Source: an uncultured bacterium
GTDB lineage: Bacteria; Zixibacteria; MSB-5A5; UBA10806
Reading direction: 5' to 3'
Assembly (NCBI GenBank): GCA_965541585.1
Contig: CBEUCH010000017.1
Coordinates: forward strand, 1-64,000
Length of the DNA: 64,000 nucleotides
Shown: positions 27,278-38,445 of the stretch, piece by piece
Numbering within the stretch: position 1 is the stretch's first letter
How the letters are laid out: every line of letters begins with the position of its first letter
Program-made: the position numbers and the translations under genes
The notes under the pieces: model-generated
The model's input: only the letters and a program-made list of their open reading frames with translations
Database searches by the model: none
Told to the model about the DNA's origin: nothing

Positions 27278-28177
27278 TCAATAGCCGTACCGGTATTCCA
27301 AATATGGCCATGTTCTCTCGAGACCCAGAAATTCGGGGCCGAAACCAGCCAGTTTCATCAGCATATCCCACCACGGTCGCTTGAAGGGTCTTTCCTTTAC
27401 AGTCCGGGGATCGTCTCCCAGGTCAGCCAGTTCTCCGGCAACCGCAATAGCATCCTGCAACGTGCCGAGCCGGTCTATCAGTCGGAGTTCCATACCCTGA
27501 CGCCCCGTAAAAACAGAACCATCAGCGAATTCTCTAACGGATTCGATTTCCAGATCGCGTGATTCGGCGATGACGTTAACAAACTGATCGTAGGAATCGT
27601 CGACAAGCAACTGAAGCATTTTTCTCTCGGCAGGCGTTATCTGACGGGCATAATTGCCCACGTCCTTGATATCTCCCGATTTGATGACCTCCATGCTGAC
27701 GCCCACCTTATCCATTAACCCCTGGAGTACCGGGAAAGAGATCATAACACCGATAGATCCGCACACCGTGCCCGGATTGGCCACAATCGAATCTGCGGCG
27801 CATGCTATGTAATATCCGCCGGAGGCGGCTACTGAGCCCATAGAGACGACTACGAACCTTCCGCTATCCTTGAATTTCAACAATTGGTCATAAATCTCCT
27901 GAGAAGCGGCCACGCCGCCGCCAGGGGTGTCTATTCTCAATACCAGAGCCTTTACGGAGCCGTCGTCCTCGTATTTCCTGAGCTGGCGCACAATGTTTTC
28001 AGAACTCACGATTACGCCCTTAACATCTACCAGAGCAACCCGGCCTCCGAGAGAAGCGATATCGAGTCCGGCGGCGCCTCTGGAGAATCCGAACAGGATG
28101 GCGGAGATAACGAAAAACATGAAAACCACAGAAATAATTATCACGGCGACTATTATTTTGTCTCTATTTTTGCCCAT
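27278..28177 (-). CDS. sppA: Signal peptide peptidase SppA (36K type)
   Basis: RIDTPGG, AASGGYYIA, GSIGV. Confidence 0.93.
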   Translation of the reverse strand: MGKNRDKIIVAVIIISVVFMFFVISAILFGFSRGAAGLDIASLGGRVALVDVKGVIVSSENIVRQLRKYEDDGSVKALVLRIDTPGGGVAASQEIYDQLLKFKDSGRFVVVSMGSVAASGGYYIACAADSIVANPGTVCGSIGVMISFPVLQGLMDKVGVSMEVIKSGDIKDVGNYARQITPAERKMLQLLVDDSYDQFVNVIAESRDLEIESVREFADGSVFTGRQGMELRLIDRLGTLQDAIAVAGELADLGDDPRTVKERPFKRPWWDMLMKLAGFGPEFLGLERTWPYLEYRYGY

Positions 28178-28232
28178 AATAGCGACTCACAATCTATTCA
28201 GGGACTGCTCTAATGTCAATTGTTTTTTGAGG

Positions 28233-30269
28233 TTACTTTAAATAAATCTTCAACTTATCGCCAGGATATAATCTCGATTTGGAGCTAATGTTGTTCCATC
28301 TGGCCAAATCCCTAATTTCCACACTGTTCTCTTTCGCTATCTTCCATAGTGTATCTCCGCGGCGAATAGTATAGATAAAAGAGTCCTTGTAGGCCGCACC
28401 CGATCCGGAGCTTGTATATTGTGTATCACTTGAACTGTTCGTCGGAACCATAAGAGACATACCAGGATAGATTTCATTAGATGCCAGGCCGTTGGCCCTC
28501 TTGATGCTCCCAACCGTGGTTTGGTAAGCCCTGGCGATCCGCCAGAGATTATCACCCCGGCGGACTTTGTATTTGATGAATGCTGCATCCGTATTCGCCG
28601 GACCTCCTTTGCCATCCGGGATGATTAGCTCCCGTCCGGCGTATATCCTGTTCGCTGAGAGTCTGTTTGTCCGTTTCAATGCGGCCACCGTAACGCCATG
28701 GGCAACAGCAATATCCCAAAGGGTATCGCCATACCTGACCATATATTTGCCATTGGAGCTTTTCTTGATTTTGATCTTCGCACTGCTTTTACCCTTCGAT
28801 CCGGCGGGCGTTGTCCTTCCCGGCGGAACCGGGATCACCAGGCTCTTGCCTGCGTAGATACGCTTTTTTCTGCCGAGGCTGTTGGCCTGGACGACTGATG
28901 CAATCGAAACACCGTATCTCCTCGCTATTGTAGATACGGTCTCGCCTCTTCTTATTCTGTGCTTCACCCAGTTGGTGTTCTTCTCCGACGGTATATCGTC
29001 ATAGGCAGCAAGGAACCGTTCTGAATCGCCTGCGGGGATCCTCAGCGAGTAATTCTTTATATCGGGAGGCGTTACTCCTCTCCGTAACTCGGGATTCAAA
29101 AGCTCCAGGTCCGAGACAGTTATGCCTGTTCTGGATGAAATATTCTTAAAGGATATACACTTGGAAACTTCAACCCGATCGAACTCAATTGCGGATTCGT
29201 AGTTCGGATGAAACCCATATTTCTCAGGTTGTTTGGCGATTATGGTGGCAGCCATAAAAAGCGGAACATAATTCATAGTCTGCTTGTGCGGCCGAAGCTT
29301 CCAGAAATCCTTTGTCTTCCTTTTACGTATTTCGCGGCGGATACGGCCGGCTCCTCCGTTATAGGCCGCCAGGGCCAGATTCCATGATCCGAATTCTTTG
29401 TAGAGATCTTCGAGATGCCGGGCAGCGGCCCTGGTTGATTTCTCAAAATCCCGACGTTGGTCATACCACCAGTTATGTCTAAGCCCATATGACCTTCCGG
29501 TAGCTGAGATAAACTGCCACATGCCTACCGCCCTGGCATACGAATATGCATGGGGATTAAAACCGGATTCAATCAACGGCAGATATGCAAGATCATGCGG
29601 GATCTCGTACTCCGCTAATATCTTCTCCACTAAGGGCATATATCTGCCTGAATTCTCAAGATATGTCGCAAACGCGTCCCGGGCGACGGTCTGCAGATAT
29701 ACCAGCGAGTTTTCTACCCTATCGTTCCATTCTATCGGAATATCGTAAATGACCGTGTCGGCCCTATCGAAATCCCGGAAAGCGTCGGATTCTTTCAGCT
29801 TTTTAAAATTCTTGACATCCTCGAAAAGCTCCCTGAAAGCCGCTACCGATGATTGCGAATAAAGCACACCGGTGCTCATCAAAGTCAGGCGAAAATCCTG
29901 TTCAATCTCGCTTAAAAGCCTGTCAATCCTGACAGCCTGATCAGGATACTCTTCGACATCGAGATCTACTTCGGAAAGAACCTCCAGAGCCTGTTCGTAT
30001 GTTTGCTGAGCCGAATCGAGGATACCCTGGTGAAAGTAGGCGACCGCCCTGGCATAATAGTATTCTGCCCTGTCGATCTCACGATCTATCTCCAGGGCAT
30101 CAGCCGGGATTTCATCGGATTCGATTGCCGGATCTTGAATGGTCTCTTGATCTCCCCCTTTAACCGGTCTATCACTGTCGGCCCTCATCAGCCGTGTGGG
30201 ATCAGGGTGAGAACAAGCTAGTAAAACCATGGTTAGGAACGGGACGATCGCAAGGTGCTCTTTTTTCAT
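28233..30269 (-). CDS. MltD-like lytic transglycosylase lipoprotein with LysM domains
   Basis: LLAC lipobox, IESGF, GMWQF, AAYNGG, four LysM repeats. Confidence 0.92.
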   Translation of the reverse strand: MKKEHLAIVPFLTMVLLACSHPDPTRLMRADSDRPVKGGDQETIQDPAIESDEIPADALEIDREIDRAEYYYARAVAYFHQGILDSAQQTYEQALEVLSEVDLDVEEYPDQAVRIDRLLSEIEQDFRLTLMSTGVLYSQSSVAAFRELFEDVKNFKKLKESDAFRDFDRADTVIYDIPIEWNDRVENSLVYLQTVARDAFATYLENSGRYMPLVEKILAEYEIPHDLAYLPLIESGFNPHAYSYARAVGMWQFISATGRSYGLRHNWWYDQRRDFEKSTRAAARHLEDLYKEFGSWNLALAAYNGGAGRIRREIRKRKTKDFWKLRPHKQTMNYVPLFMAATIIAKQPEKYGFHPNYESAIEFDRVEVSKCISFKNISSRTGITVSDLELLNPELRRGVTPPDIKNYSLRIPAGDSERFLAAYDDIPSEKNTNWVKHRIRRGETVSTIARRYGVSIASVVQANSLGRKKRIYAGKSLVIPVPPGRTTPAGSKGKSSAKIKIKKSSNGKYMVRYGDTLWDIAVAHGVTVAALKRTNRLSANRIYAGRELIIPDGKGGPANTDAAFIKYKVRRGDNLWRIARAYQTTVGSIKRANGLASNEIYPGMSLMVPTNSSSDTQYTSSGSGAAYKDSFIYTIRRGDTLWKIAKENSVEIRDLARWNNISSKSRLYPGDKLKIYLK

Positions 30270-30282
30270 AACTTCATCTCAT

Positions 30283-31227
30283 TTAACAAGATTCGCCTTC
30301 ACTGTCAAGCCCTTTAAGATATTCGTCTAAACTGCCAAAAACTTTATCGTAGAACCGGTTCTCATCAGGATTCATCCAGTTAGGGGAGGTCCGATTCTTA
30401 AACCAGGTCATCTGACGCTTGGCGTAATTGCGGCTATGTTGTTTTACAAGTTCAACTGCCTCATCGATTGATGTGTTCCCCTCCATGGCGTCGATAATCT
30501 CGTAATATCCGACTATTTTCCTTTTTTTTATCTGCTCCCCAAGGCCATCGGCCACCAATTCCTCGATTTCTGCAATCAGGCCGCTATCGACCATCTTTTC
30601 GACCCGACGGTTGATCCGATCATAAAGCTGGTTCCGGGGCGGATTCAATCCTATCCAATAATACTCAGCGTCGGGGATCGAATGTCGACCTGCGTTTTTC
30701 AACCGGCTTGGTATTTCACCCGAGAGCTTGAATATCTCCAGCGCCCTGATAATCCTGACAATATCATTTGGGGAAAATCTCCCGGCAGTTTCAGGATCGA
30801 TCTCCACCAACTCTCGATACAGGGTCTCCGATCCCTCACGATCCGCTCTTGCTTCCAATTCACTCCTGAGTCGATCGTCCCTTTCGGGACCCTCAAATAA
30901 TCCCCTGGTCAGCGCTTCTATATAGAGGCCTGCGCCACCGACTATCATTGGTATACGGTCGGCCTGATAGATAAGTTCGATAGCCTCCCCCGCCAGGTCC
31001 GCATAGCGCCTGGCGGTAAAATTCTCCTTTATATCGGCGACGTCGATCAAATAATGGGGAATCTTCAGTCTTTCGGCTTTAGAAGGCTTGGCGGTGCCTA
31101 TGTCGAGGCGGCGGTATATCTGACGGGAGTCGGCGCTGATTATCGATCCGCCGTAACGGGTTGCCAGTTCCAATGCCAGCGATGATTTGCCGGATCCGGT
31201 TGGGCCGCAGATAACGACCGCTCTCAT
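30283..31227 (-). CDS. miaA: tRNA dimethylallyltransferase
   Basis: GPTGSGKS, DSRQIY, YAKRQMTW. Confidence 0.96.
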   Translation of the reverse strand: MRAVVICGPTGSGKSSLALELATRYGGSIISADSRQIYRRLDIGTAKPSKAERLKIPHYLIDVADIKENFTARRYADLAGEAIELIYQADRIPMIVGGAGLYIEALTRGLFEGPERDDRLRSELEARADREGSETLYRELVEIDPETAGRFSPNDIVRIIRALEIFKLSGEIPSRLKNAGRHSIPDAEYYWIGLNPPRNQLYDRINRRVEKMVDSGLIAEIEELVADGLGEQIKKRKIVGYYEIIDAMEGNTSIDEAVELVKQHSRNYAKRQMTWFKNRTSPNWMNPDENRFYDKVFGSLDEYLKGLDSEGESC

Positions 31228-31231
31228 GGAT

Positions 31232-32962
31232 TTATTTTCTCTGGAAGATCCGTTCGAGATCATCACGGTTTAGAGAGGCCATGGTCGGCCTGCCATGAGG
31301 GCATCTATACGGTTCCTTGCATTTCATGAGTTCGACGTACAGACCTGTCATCTGCGGCTCTGAAAGCCGATGGCCGGCTTTGACAGCAGCCTTGCAGGCT
31401 ACACCTGCCGCCAGAGCCTTCTTCGTTTCCTCGCCTGCTTTTCGATTGGCAGAAAAACTCGCCAGTAGATCCTTAAATGCGATCTCAGGTGAGATACGGG
31501 ATAATTCTTGAGGCAATCCCGACAGAATCACCTCATCATCGCCAAACGCTCTTATCTCGAATCCAGCTTTCGCCAGCAGATCGGATAGCTCCTCTACCAG
31601 AGCAGCCTCTCCCGGAGTGATCTTGACTCTTGTCTCGAAGAGAAGCTTCTGCGACGGCATCGGATGCCGGCCGAAAGAATCCATGGTTTTTTCAAAGAGG
31701 ATTCGCTCATGAGCGGTATGTTGATCCAGGATTATTATCTCGCCGCCTTTGCGCTTGATAATGTAAGTATCGAATAACTGAAAGGCCGGATCGACCTCTG
31801 TTTCCGGGGATGTTGGCTCGCTCGCCTTGGCAGCTTGTTGTCCCGGCGGCTGCTGGATAATCGGTTCAACGGGTAGCGTATCTTTCTGCCTATCACCGAA
31901 TAATTCCCGCCTGACCTGTTTAAAGGGAATTGTGTCTCCTGCCGGCGAGGGAGTCTTTGTCGAGATACTCACAGGCAACTGCAAGGCTTTTCTCATGGCA
32001 TTTTTCAAGGTGGAGAATATGAAACCCCCATCCGCGAAGCGAACCTCGATTTTGGCCGGATGAACGTTGATGTCGACGAAACCGGTGTCTATTTCGAGAA
32101 AGAGAGCAACATAAGGGTATTGCCCCTTTGGAATAGAACCCTCGTATGCGGCGGCAACAGCTCCGAACATAGCCCGTTCCAGCACCGGTCTCTTATTCAC
32201 GAAAAAATACATTTCACTGCTATTGCCGCGCATTAACGGCGGGGCCGATACGCATCCATGGATTTTGACGGGACCAATCTGCTCTGCTTCAATGGGGATA
32301 AGGACTCTGGCTACATCCGAGCCCCAAACCGCCTGCAGACGTTTCAAAATATCATCGGTCGCCGGGAATGAGCTTTTGCTCTTGCCGTCGTATGTGAGCT
32401 TAAATCCCACGTCCGGGCGGGCAATAACGTATCTCCGGATTGTCTCGGCTATTCTCCTCTTTTCCGCCGATTCCGATTTCAGGAATTTGCGTCGAGCGGG
32501 AACATTATAGAACAAGTTTCTGACGGAGATGGAGCAGCCCTTTTTGGGCGGGGCCGGACCGAAAAAGACCTGTTTTCCACCCTCGAAACTTATCCGGATG
32601 CCTGTGTGCTCGTCCCCGGCGCATGTGATAAGTTCCATTATGGAAACCGAGCTGATTGAGGGTAGGGCCTCTCCCCTGAAACCCATGGACCCGGTTCTTA
32701 AGAGGTCTTCCCAGCTCTGGATCTTGGAAGTGGCATGCCTCATAAAGGCGAGTTCCACCTGGTCTTTCGGAATCCCCTTGCCGTCATCGACGATCAGTAT
32801 TTCATCCTTACCTCCACCGGCGATCGAGATTTCGATATTCCCGGCAGAGGCGTCGATAGAATTCTCCACCAGTTCTTTGACCACCGATGCGGGATTTTCG
32901 ATTACCTCACCGGCGGCGATCCTGTCTATCAGCCCCTCGGGCAGAACCTTGATAAATTTCAT
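31232..32962 (-). CDS. mutL: DNA mismatch repair endonuclease MutL
   Basis: IAAGEVIE, GFRGEAL, DQHTAHERI, CPHGRP. Confidence 0.96.
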   Translation of the reverse strand: MKFIKVLPEGLIDRIAAGEVIENPASVVKELVENSIDASAGNIEISIAGGGKDEILIVDDGKGIPKDQVELAFMRHATSKIQSWEDLLRTGSMGFRGEALPSISSVSIMELITCAGDEHTGIRISFEGGKQVFFGPAPPKKGCSISVRNLFYNVPARRKFLKSESAEKRRIAETIRRYVIARPDVGFKLTYDGKSKSSFPATDDILKRLQAVWGSDVARVLIPIEAEQIGPVKIHGCVSAPPLMRGNSSEMYFFVNKRPVLERAMFGAVAAAYEGSIPKGQYPYVALFLEIDTGFVDINVHPAKIEVRFADGGFIFSTLKNAMRKALQLPVSISTKTPSPAGDTIPFKQVRRELFGDRQKDTLPVEPIIQQPPGQQAAKASEPTSPETEVDPAFQLFDTYIIKRKGGEIIILDQHTAHERILFEKTMDSFGRHPMPSQKLLFETRVKITPGEAALVEELSDLLAKAGFEIRAFGDDEVILSGLPQELSRISPEIAFKDLLASFSANRKAGEETKKALAAGVACKAAVKAGHRLSEPQMTGLYVELMKCKEPYRCPHGRPTMASLNRDDLERIFQRK

Positions 32963-33086
32963 GGTACTCTCAGGAGGCTGGCTTGCCTGAAAGCTCAAAA
33001 TCCACCAACATTCCTCCATTCAGTATGGCAGAACGAAAATCTACTTTTGTCATAGCCGCATATATAACTGATATTTAAGGCTATAA

Positions 33087-34487
33087 TCAAGGTTTTTTGG
33101 GAAGGGAATAGCGATCGATCTTCCTGTATAGGGTGGATAGGTCGATCCCCAGGATCTTTGCCGCTTTGCTTTTGTTCCATCCGGTGTGATGAAGTGTATA
33201 GTAGATGTAAGCCTTTTCCATTGTCTCGAGATTCGGATTTAGCTCCAGAGATTCAGATAGAACTGCGCCGCTCTTCTTCGTGGTCTGCCTTATCTCCTCC
33301 GGCAAATCCTCGATAGAAATTACGTCATTCTTGGCAAGCATAACCGTTCTCTCCAGCACGTTCTCCAGCTGCCTGACGTTCCCCGGCCAGCTATACGATT
33401 TCAGCATCTGCATGGCCTCCCGCTCCATGGTCCTTTCGGCTATATCGAGCTTGGCCGAATGCCGTCGCAGGAAATGTGCAGCCAACAGTTCGATATCATC
33501 GGGCCTCTGGCGAAGCGGAGGAATATCTATGGTAAAAACGTCCAGACGGTAATAAAGGTCGGTCCTGAAGGCTCCATGATCCACCATTTCCCGAAGACTG
33601 GCATTCGTGGCTGCTATAACACGAACGTCGACGGAAATCGGCTTTGTCGCGCCCACAGGAGTGATCTCTTTCTCCTCGAGTACCCGCAAGAGCTTAGCCT
33701 GGATAGTTGGACTGGTCTCCCCTACCTCGTCGAGGAAAAAAGTGCCATCGACCGCGGCGGCGAAGAGGCCGGTTTTATCCTTTATGGCGCCGGTAAACGA
33801 GCCTTTCATATGTCCGAACAGCTCCGATTCGAGCAGGCTCTCGGGTAAGGCGGCGCAATTGATCGTCAAAAACGGTCCTGATTTTCGCCGGCTTTCGGCA
33901 TGAATAGCTCTCGATAATACCTCTTTGCCGGTCCCGGATTCGCCGGTGATCAGGACATTTGCATCCATAGATGCGGCCTTGGCGGCAAGCATTTTCACTT
34001 CAAGTATAGATTCCGAGTCGCCCATGAAAGATTCAAATCCCGTTGTCAGCGTTTCTTTAAGGGCCGTGTTCTGTCTTTTGATTTGCTTCTGCTCGATGGC
34101 TTTCTTGATTGAAATCTTGATCTCTTCCACTTTGAACGGTTTGGTGACATAATCGTTGGCGCCCTTCTTCAAGGCCTCTATAGCCGTATCTATTGAACCG
34201 AATGCAGTCATTACTATGACCTCCAGCTCGGGATCGATTTTTTTTGCTTCCGTTAAGATTTCCAGGCCTGATATCTCGGGCATCATTAGATCGGTGATAA
34301 GAAGATCGTAACGGTTCTCGGGATTTCTCTGTGATCGCATGAGATTTTGCAGGGCGCGGCCGCCGGATGTTTCCGCGGTGACTTCATATCCCTCCCTGCC
34401 CAGCATTATCCGCATGAACTCGCGCATGCTGGATTCATCGTCTATAACCAGTATCCTGGCTTTTGAAACAGCAGTTGTATTGACCAT
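33087..34487 (-). CDS. sigma54-dependent response regulator (NtrC/PilR-like)
   Basis: REC domain, GESGTGKE, GSFTGA, WPGNVRQL, Fis HTH. Confidence 0.92.
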   Translation of the reverse strand: MVNTTAVSKARILVIDDESSMREFMRIMLGREGYEVTAETSGGRALQNLMRSQRNPENRYDLLITDLMMPEISGLEILTEAKKIDPELEVIVMTAFGSIDTAIEALKKGANDYVTKPFKVEEIKISIKKAIEQKQIKRQNTALKETLTTGFESFMGDSESILEVKMLAAKAASMDANVLITGESGTGKEVLSRAIHAESRRKSGPFLTINCAALPESLLESELFGHMKGSFTGAIKDKTGLFAAAVDGTFFLDEVGETSPTIQAKLLRVLEEKEITPVGATKPISVDVRVIAATNASLREMVDHGAFRTDLYYRLDVFTIDIPPLRQRPDDIELLAAHFLRRHSAKLDIAERTMEREAMQMLKSYSWPGNVRQLENVLERTVMLAKNDVISIEDLPEEIRQTTKKSGAVLSESLELNPNLETMEKAYIYYTLHHTGWNKSKAAKILGIDLSTLYRKIDRYSLPKKP

Positions 34488-34733
34488 ATTTTAACCCGTT
34501 ATGAGAATCGGTATGAATGGCAAGCGTCTTTAGATAAAGTATATCGGGAATCGTAGTTCCCGAAATGCGATTTTGAGGATGTCGGCAAACCTTAAGCCGA
34601 TGTCAGGTCTGAAAAATGCTGGCCGGGAAAGTCCGCTCTCAGACGCCAATTAATTGGAAATCGAGGAAGCTCCGCCTCTCAGCATAGTGGCGGGGCGACA
34701 TCCTGAGGAAAGGAAACAGGTTCAGCTTCCGAA

Positions 34734-36101
34734 TTACCGGAATTTATGAAAGATATTTATCGGATATTTGCCGGAAAAACAGGCGGAGCAGAACTCATCC
34801 GGAGGGAGCGCCGGGAGGTTTATCATTCCCTCTATCGAGAGATAACCCACTGAGTCGGCCCCCAGGAAGCGCCTTATTGACTCCACCGATTTTCTCGAGG
34901 CCAGAAGCTCTTTTTTAGTCGGCATGTCGATACCGTAAAAACAGGGACTCACTATAGGCGGCGATGATAATCTCAAGTGGACTTCTTTAGCGCCTGCATC
35001 CCGCAACATGACGACGAGCTTTTTCGATGTGGTCCCCCGGACGAGCGAATCATCTACAATCACAACGCGCTTTTTATTGATTACTCCGCGGACAACGTTG
35101 AATTTCTTCTTGACATCGAGATCGCGAATTTTCTGTTCGGGTCGAATGAACGTCCTGCCGACGTAGTGATTGCGGATGAATCCGATATCATACCTGATTT
35201 TGGACTCCTCCGAAAATCCCAGTGCGGCCGTATTGGAACTGTCCGGTACCGATATTACGATATCGGCCTCAACGGGATGTTCTCTGGCCAGAAGCCGTCC
35301 CAGCCGCCTCCTGACTTTATCCACGTTCATGCCGTAGATCATCGAATCGGGACGCGAAAAATAGATGAACTCGAAAATGCAAAAAGCATGTCTGCTTCTC
35401 TTCAGAATATCATAACTTCGAATTCCATGGCCGTTGATGACGATTATCTCGCCGGGATTGATATCGCGAATATATCTGGCACCGATTATATCGAAAGCGC
35501 AGGTTTCCGAGGCTATGATCCAGGCCGACCTCTTTTTCCCCAGAGCCAGCGGCCTGACGCCGGCGGGATCCCGTGCCGCCACAAGATGTTTCGGAGTCAA
35601 AAGCACCATGCTGTATGCCCCGATAACCTTGCCAAGCGCCTCCGCCAGGGCTAGTTCGATCCGACGTTTCTTCGATCTGGCCAGAAAATGTAGAATTATC
35701 TCCGTATCCGACGAGGTGCGGAAAATGGAACCGCGCTTTTCCAATTCCTTCTTTATGCGGCGATAATTGGTCAGATTGCCGTTATGGGCCAGCGCCAGGT
35801 GGCCGCGGCTGTAGTTGATTACAAGCGGCTGTACGTTTTCGGTGGATGACGAGCCGGTAGTTGAATACCTGTTATGCCCTATAGCCGAATACCCTTTGAG
35901 TTCCTTGAGATCGTGATGCGAGGAGAAGACCTCGTTGACCAGCCCCATTCCCAGGCGAGAATGAAAACCGGTTTTATCGGCGGTTATGATGCCGCATGAT
36001 TCCTGCCCGCGGTGCTGAAGAGCGTAGAGCCCGAGATAAGTAAGATCCGCGGCATTCCGGGCACCATAGACAGCGAAAACGCCGCATTTGTCTCTAATCA
36101 C
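34734..36101 (-). CDS. purF: Amidophosphoribosyltransferase
   Basis: CGVF, LQHRGQES, GHNRYST, VDDSLVRGTT. Confidence 0.96.
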   Translation of the reverse strand: MIRDKCGVFAVYGARNAADLTYLGLYALQHRGQESCGIITADKTGFHSRLGMGLVNEVFSSHHDLKELKGYSAIGHNRYSTTGSSSTENVQPLVINYSRGHLALAHNGNLTNYRRIKKELEKRGSIFRTSSDTEIILHFLARSKKRRIELALAEALGKVIGAYSMVLLTPKHLVAARDPAGVRPLALGKKRSAWIIASETCAFDIIGARYIRDINPGEIIVINGHGIRSYDILKRSRHAFCIFEFIYFSRPDSMIYGMNVDKVRRRLGRLLAREHPVEADIVISVPDSSNTAALGFSEESKIRYDIGFIRNHYVGRTFIRPEQKIRDLDVKKKFNVVRGVINKKRVVIVDDSLVRGTTSKKLVVMLRDAGAKEVHLRLSSPPIVSPCFYGIDMPTKKELLASRKSVESIRRFLGADSVGYLSIEGMINLPALPPDEFCSACFSGKYPINIFHKFR

Positions 36102-36268
36102 GCAATTACCGCCCCGTCAGAATCAGTATCTACAGACAAAGTAAAATCACTCACAGAACCAGCCGATAACCCAATCAGGGGCCGACTGCCGGCGCGAATT
36201 GTGAATCATATTGACCGCCTGCTGTTCTGTCAAGTATATTGTTTTGTACGTATAATTATGAGGTTTTC

Positions 36269-37432
36269 TTGAAATTGCCCGACCCCGAAATCCAATATGC
36301 CATGTCTCTTCTCAGAGGCATTGGCCGTAGTCGTATAGGTGATCTGGCGGAGTCCTGCGGGAAGACGCTGATATCTATCGCCCGGCCTTCGGCAGTGAGA
36401 ATTTCGATCCAGCTGGAGGGATTGTCGGCGGAGATTTTCGAGAATGGCAGCCAAAGGCACCTGATGAGATTAACCCGGGCCCTGAAAGATTATGGATTAG
36501 CAGATCTTGATAGTGAACAACGGCTCCCGGATTATGTAAATATTTCAACCGATAATGGCAAGATCATCTGCCTTGCCGTAATCAAGCATCTCGGGCTCCC
36601 TATCGGTGTGGCCGCCGCCTTTTCAGGACCATCAGACACCGCTACTCTGCCACTCGATGAGGGCCTGTACTTATGTGTCTCCCAGCTCAATGCCCGTATT
36701 CATGCCATATTATCACCCGGTACTCAGAGTGCTGTGGAGGTTTTGTGCAGGCGTCTCCTGAGAGGTCTCCATGATACCTCGGCAAAAGCGGTCGGCGGGC
36801 AACTGGCCGATGACGGTGATTTCTGGATTTCCGTTTCTCATGCGAAAGAAATCACCTCCTGCCGGGAAACCGATCCACTCATTGCCGACGATATTGAATC
36901 GCTGAAAAACGGCGAGGAGATGGATGAGAAGATCTTAAGCCAGATCTGGCTGGAGCCGGAAATCGATGCCGGAGTCTGGATCACGGATTTGCCTGGCTAC
37001 TTCGTTGCCGTCGGATTCCCCGACAAGCAGGATATCACCAAACAGGTTATAGGCATTATTAAAAAACAGATTGAAAGCCTTGCCGTAGCAGATACGGATT
37101 ATATTATCAAATCGTTCGAAAAGCTCAAAGCGGATTTCAAAAAACTCGTCAAATCCGAACGAGTGGCCGCCATCAATGAAACGGCGGTTACCGTCAACCA
37201 TGAAATCAACAATCCTCTCACCGCTATTCTCGGCAATACCCAGCTTCTGTTGATGGCCAAAGATAAGTTGCCCGAAGATGCGATTGCCAAACTTCAGACG
37301 ATCGAAAAATCGGCTATCCAGATACGCGAAGCCACCAGCAAGCTCATGTCCATTGTAGAACCTGTCAAAACCTCCTATGCTTCGGGGCTGGACATGATCG
37401 ATATTGAAAAGAGTAAGAAGAAAAAGTCCTGA
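36269..37432 (+). CDS. Protein with a C-terminal HisKA domain and no ATPase domain
   Basis: TVNHEINNPLTAILG H-box about 75 aa from the C-terminus; start uncertain. Confidence 0.75.
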   Translation: MKLPDPEIQYAMSLLRGIGRSRIGDLAESCGKTLISIARPSAVRISIQLEGLSAEIFENGSQRHLMRLTRALKDYGLADLDSEQRLPDYVNISTDNGKIICLAVIKHLGLPIGVAAAFSGPSDTATLPLDEGLYLCVSQLNARIHAILSPGTQSAVEVLCRRLLRGLHDTSAKAVGGQLADDGDFWISVSHAKEITSCRETDPLIADDIESLKNGEEMDEKILSQIWLEPEIDAGVWITDLPGYFVAVGFPDKQDITKQVIGIIKKQIESLAVADTDYIIKSFEKLKADFKKLVKSERVAAINETAVTVNHEINNPLTAILGNTQLLLMAKDKLPEDAIAKLQTIEKSAIQIREATSKLMSIVEPVKTSYASGLDMIDIEKSKKKKS

Positions 37433-37555
37433 TAGCACCAACGCATCACAAAATCATTACAAGATTTCATAGAGAATTATTTCACTTGCCGAGAGATGCC
37501 TTTCCTTATAAATTGATCGGACGATTTTTGCGGATTGGCTTCAGGAGAGGATCAC

Positions 37556-38404
37556 TTGGGAATTTTCACAGCTCTGACAAAACGATTTATAGCAGGCGAA
37601 ACGAAACAGGATGCCGTGAACGCCGTCCGCAGGCTCAACGAAATGGGTATGAGGACCACCCTGGATATCCTGGGCGAAAATGTCACATCAAAAGAAATGG
37701 CCCGGGATCTTGCTGATTTTTATATCGATGTTCTCGACACCATATCATCCGAGAAGATCAGCGCCAACGTCTCATTAAAACTGACGCAGATGGGGCTGGA
37801 CATCTCGGATGAGTTTTGTTTTGAAAACGTCGGCCGAATCATAAAGGCCGCCAAAGAGCGCGATAATTTCGTGCGAATCGATATGGAAGGCTCCGACTAT
37901 ACTGAGAGGACCCTGAAACTGGTTTACCGCTGGGCCGAGGAATTCGACAACGTGGGGACTGTTATTCAATCCATGCTATACCGCTCGGAAAATGATATTA
38001 AAGAACTCAACCAGCGCGGTATAAGGATTCGCTTATGCAAAGGGGCATACAAAGAGCCGGCCAGCGTCGCCTACCCGAAAAAGGAGCAGGTTAACTCGAA
38101 TTTCATCGTCCTGATGAAACTTCTTCTCGACAGCGGTTACTTTCATGCAATCGCCACCCACGATAACGCTATGATTTCGGCCACAAAGAAGTATGCCGAT
38201 GAGCAAAATATCGGCAAAGACAAATTCGAATTCCAGATGCTTTACGGCATAAATCGCACCGTCCAGACCGAGCTGGTATCAGAGGGTTACGGCATGCTGG
38301 TCTATGTCCCCTTCGGGACTCACTGGTTTCCCTACTATTTCCGCCGGCTCCGCGAGCGAAAAGAGAATATCCTGTTCATATTAAAGCATCTGTTTAAGAG
38401 GTAA
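37556..38404 (+). CDS. Monofunctional proline dehydrogenase
   Basis: RFIAGE, RIDME, RLCKGAY, IATHD, EFQMLYG; TTG start after aggagagg. Confidence 0.92.
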   Translation: MGIFTALTKRFIAGETKQDAVNAVRRLNEMGMRTTLDILGENVTSKEMARDLADFYIDVLDTISSEKISANVSLKLTQMGLDISDEFCFENVGRIIKAAKERDNFVRIDMEGSDYTERTLKLVYRWAEEFDNVGTVIQSMLYRSENDIKELNQRGIRIRLCKGAYKEPASVAYPKKEQVNSNFIVLMKLLLDSGYFHAIATHDNAMISATKKYADEQNIGKDKFEFQMLYGINRTVQTELVSEGYGMLVYVPFGTHWFPYYFRRLRERKENILFILKHLFKR

Positions 38405-38445
38405 GCCAGGAAGCAATTTTATTTGTTACTCCAGGAGCAGTAAAC

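Noticed and set aside
26563..27384. 273-aa + strand ORF and similar antisense ORFs throughout the track
   Set aside because: Shadow frames of well-supported genes on the other strand (here bS22, HU, FmdB, sppA)
34560..34730. RNase P or c-di-GMP riboswitch (GGAAAGTCC, GGCAAACC)
   Set aside because: The region is too short for RNase P RNA and lacks the remaining conserved motifs of either family
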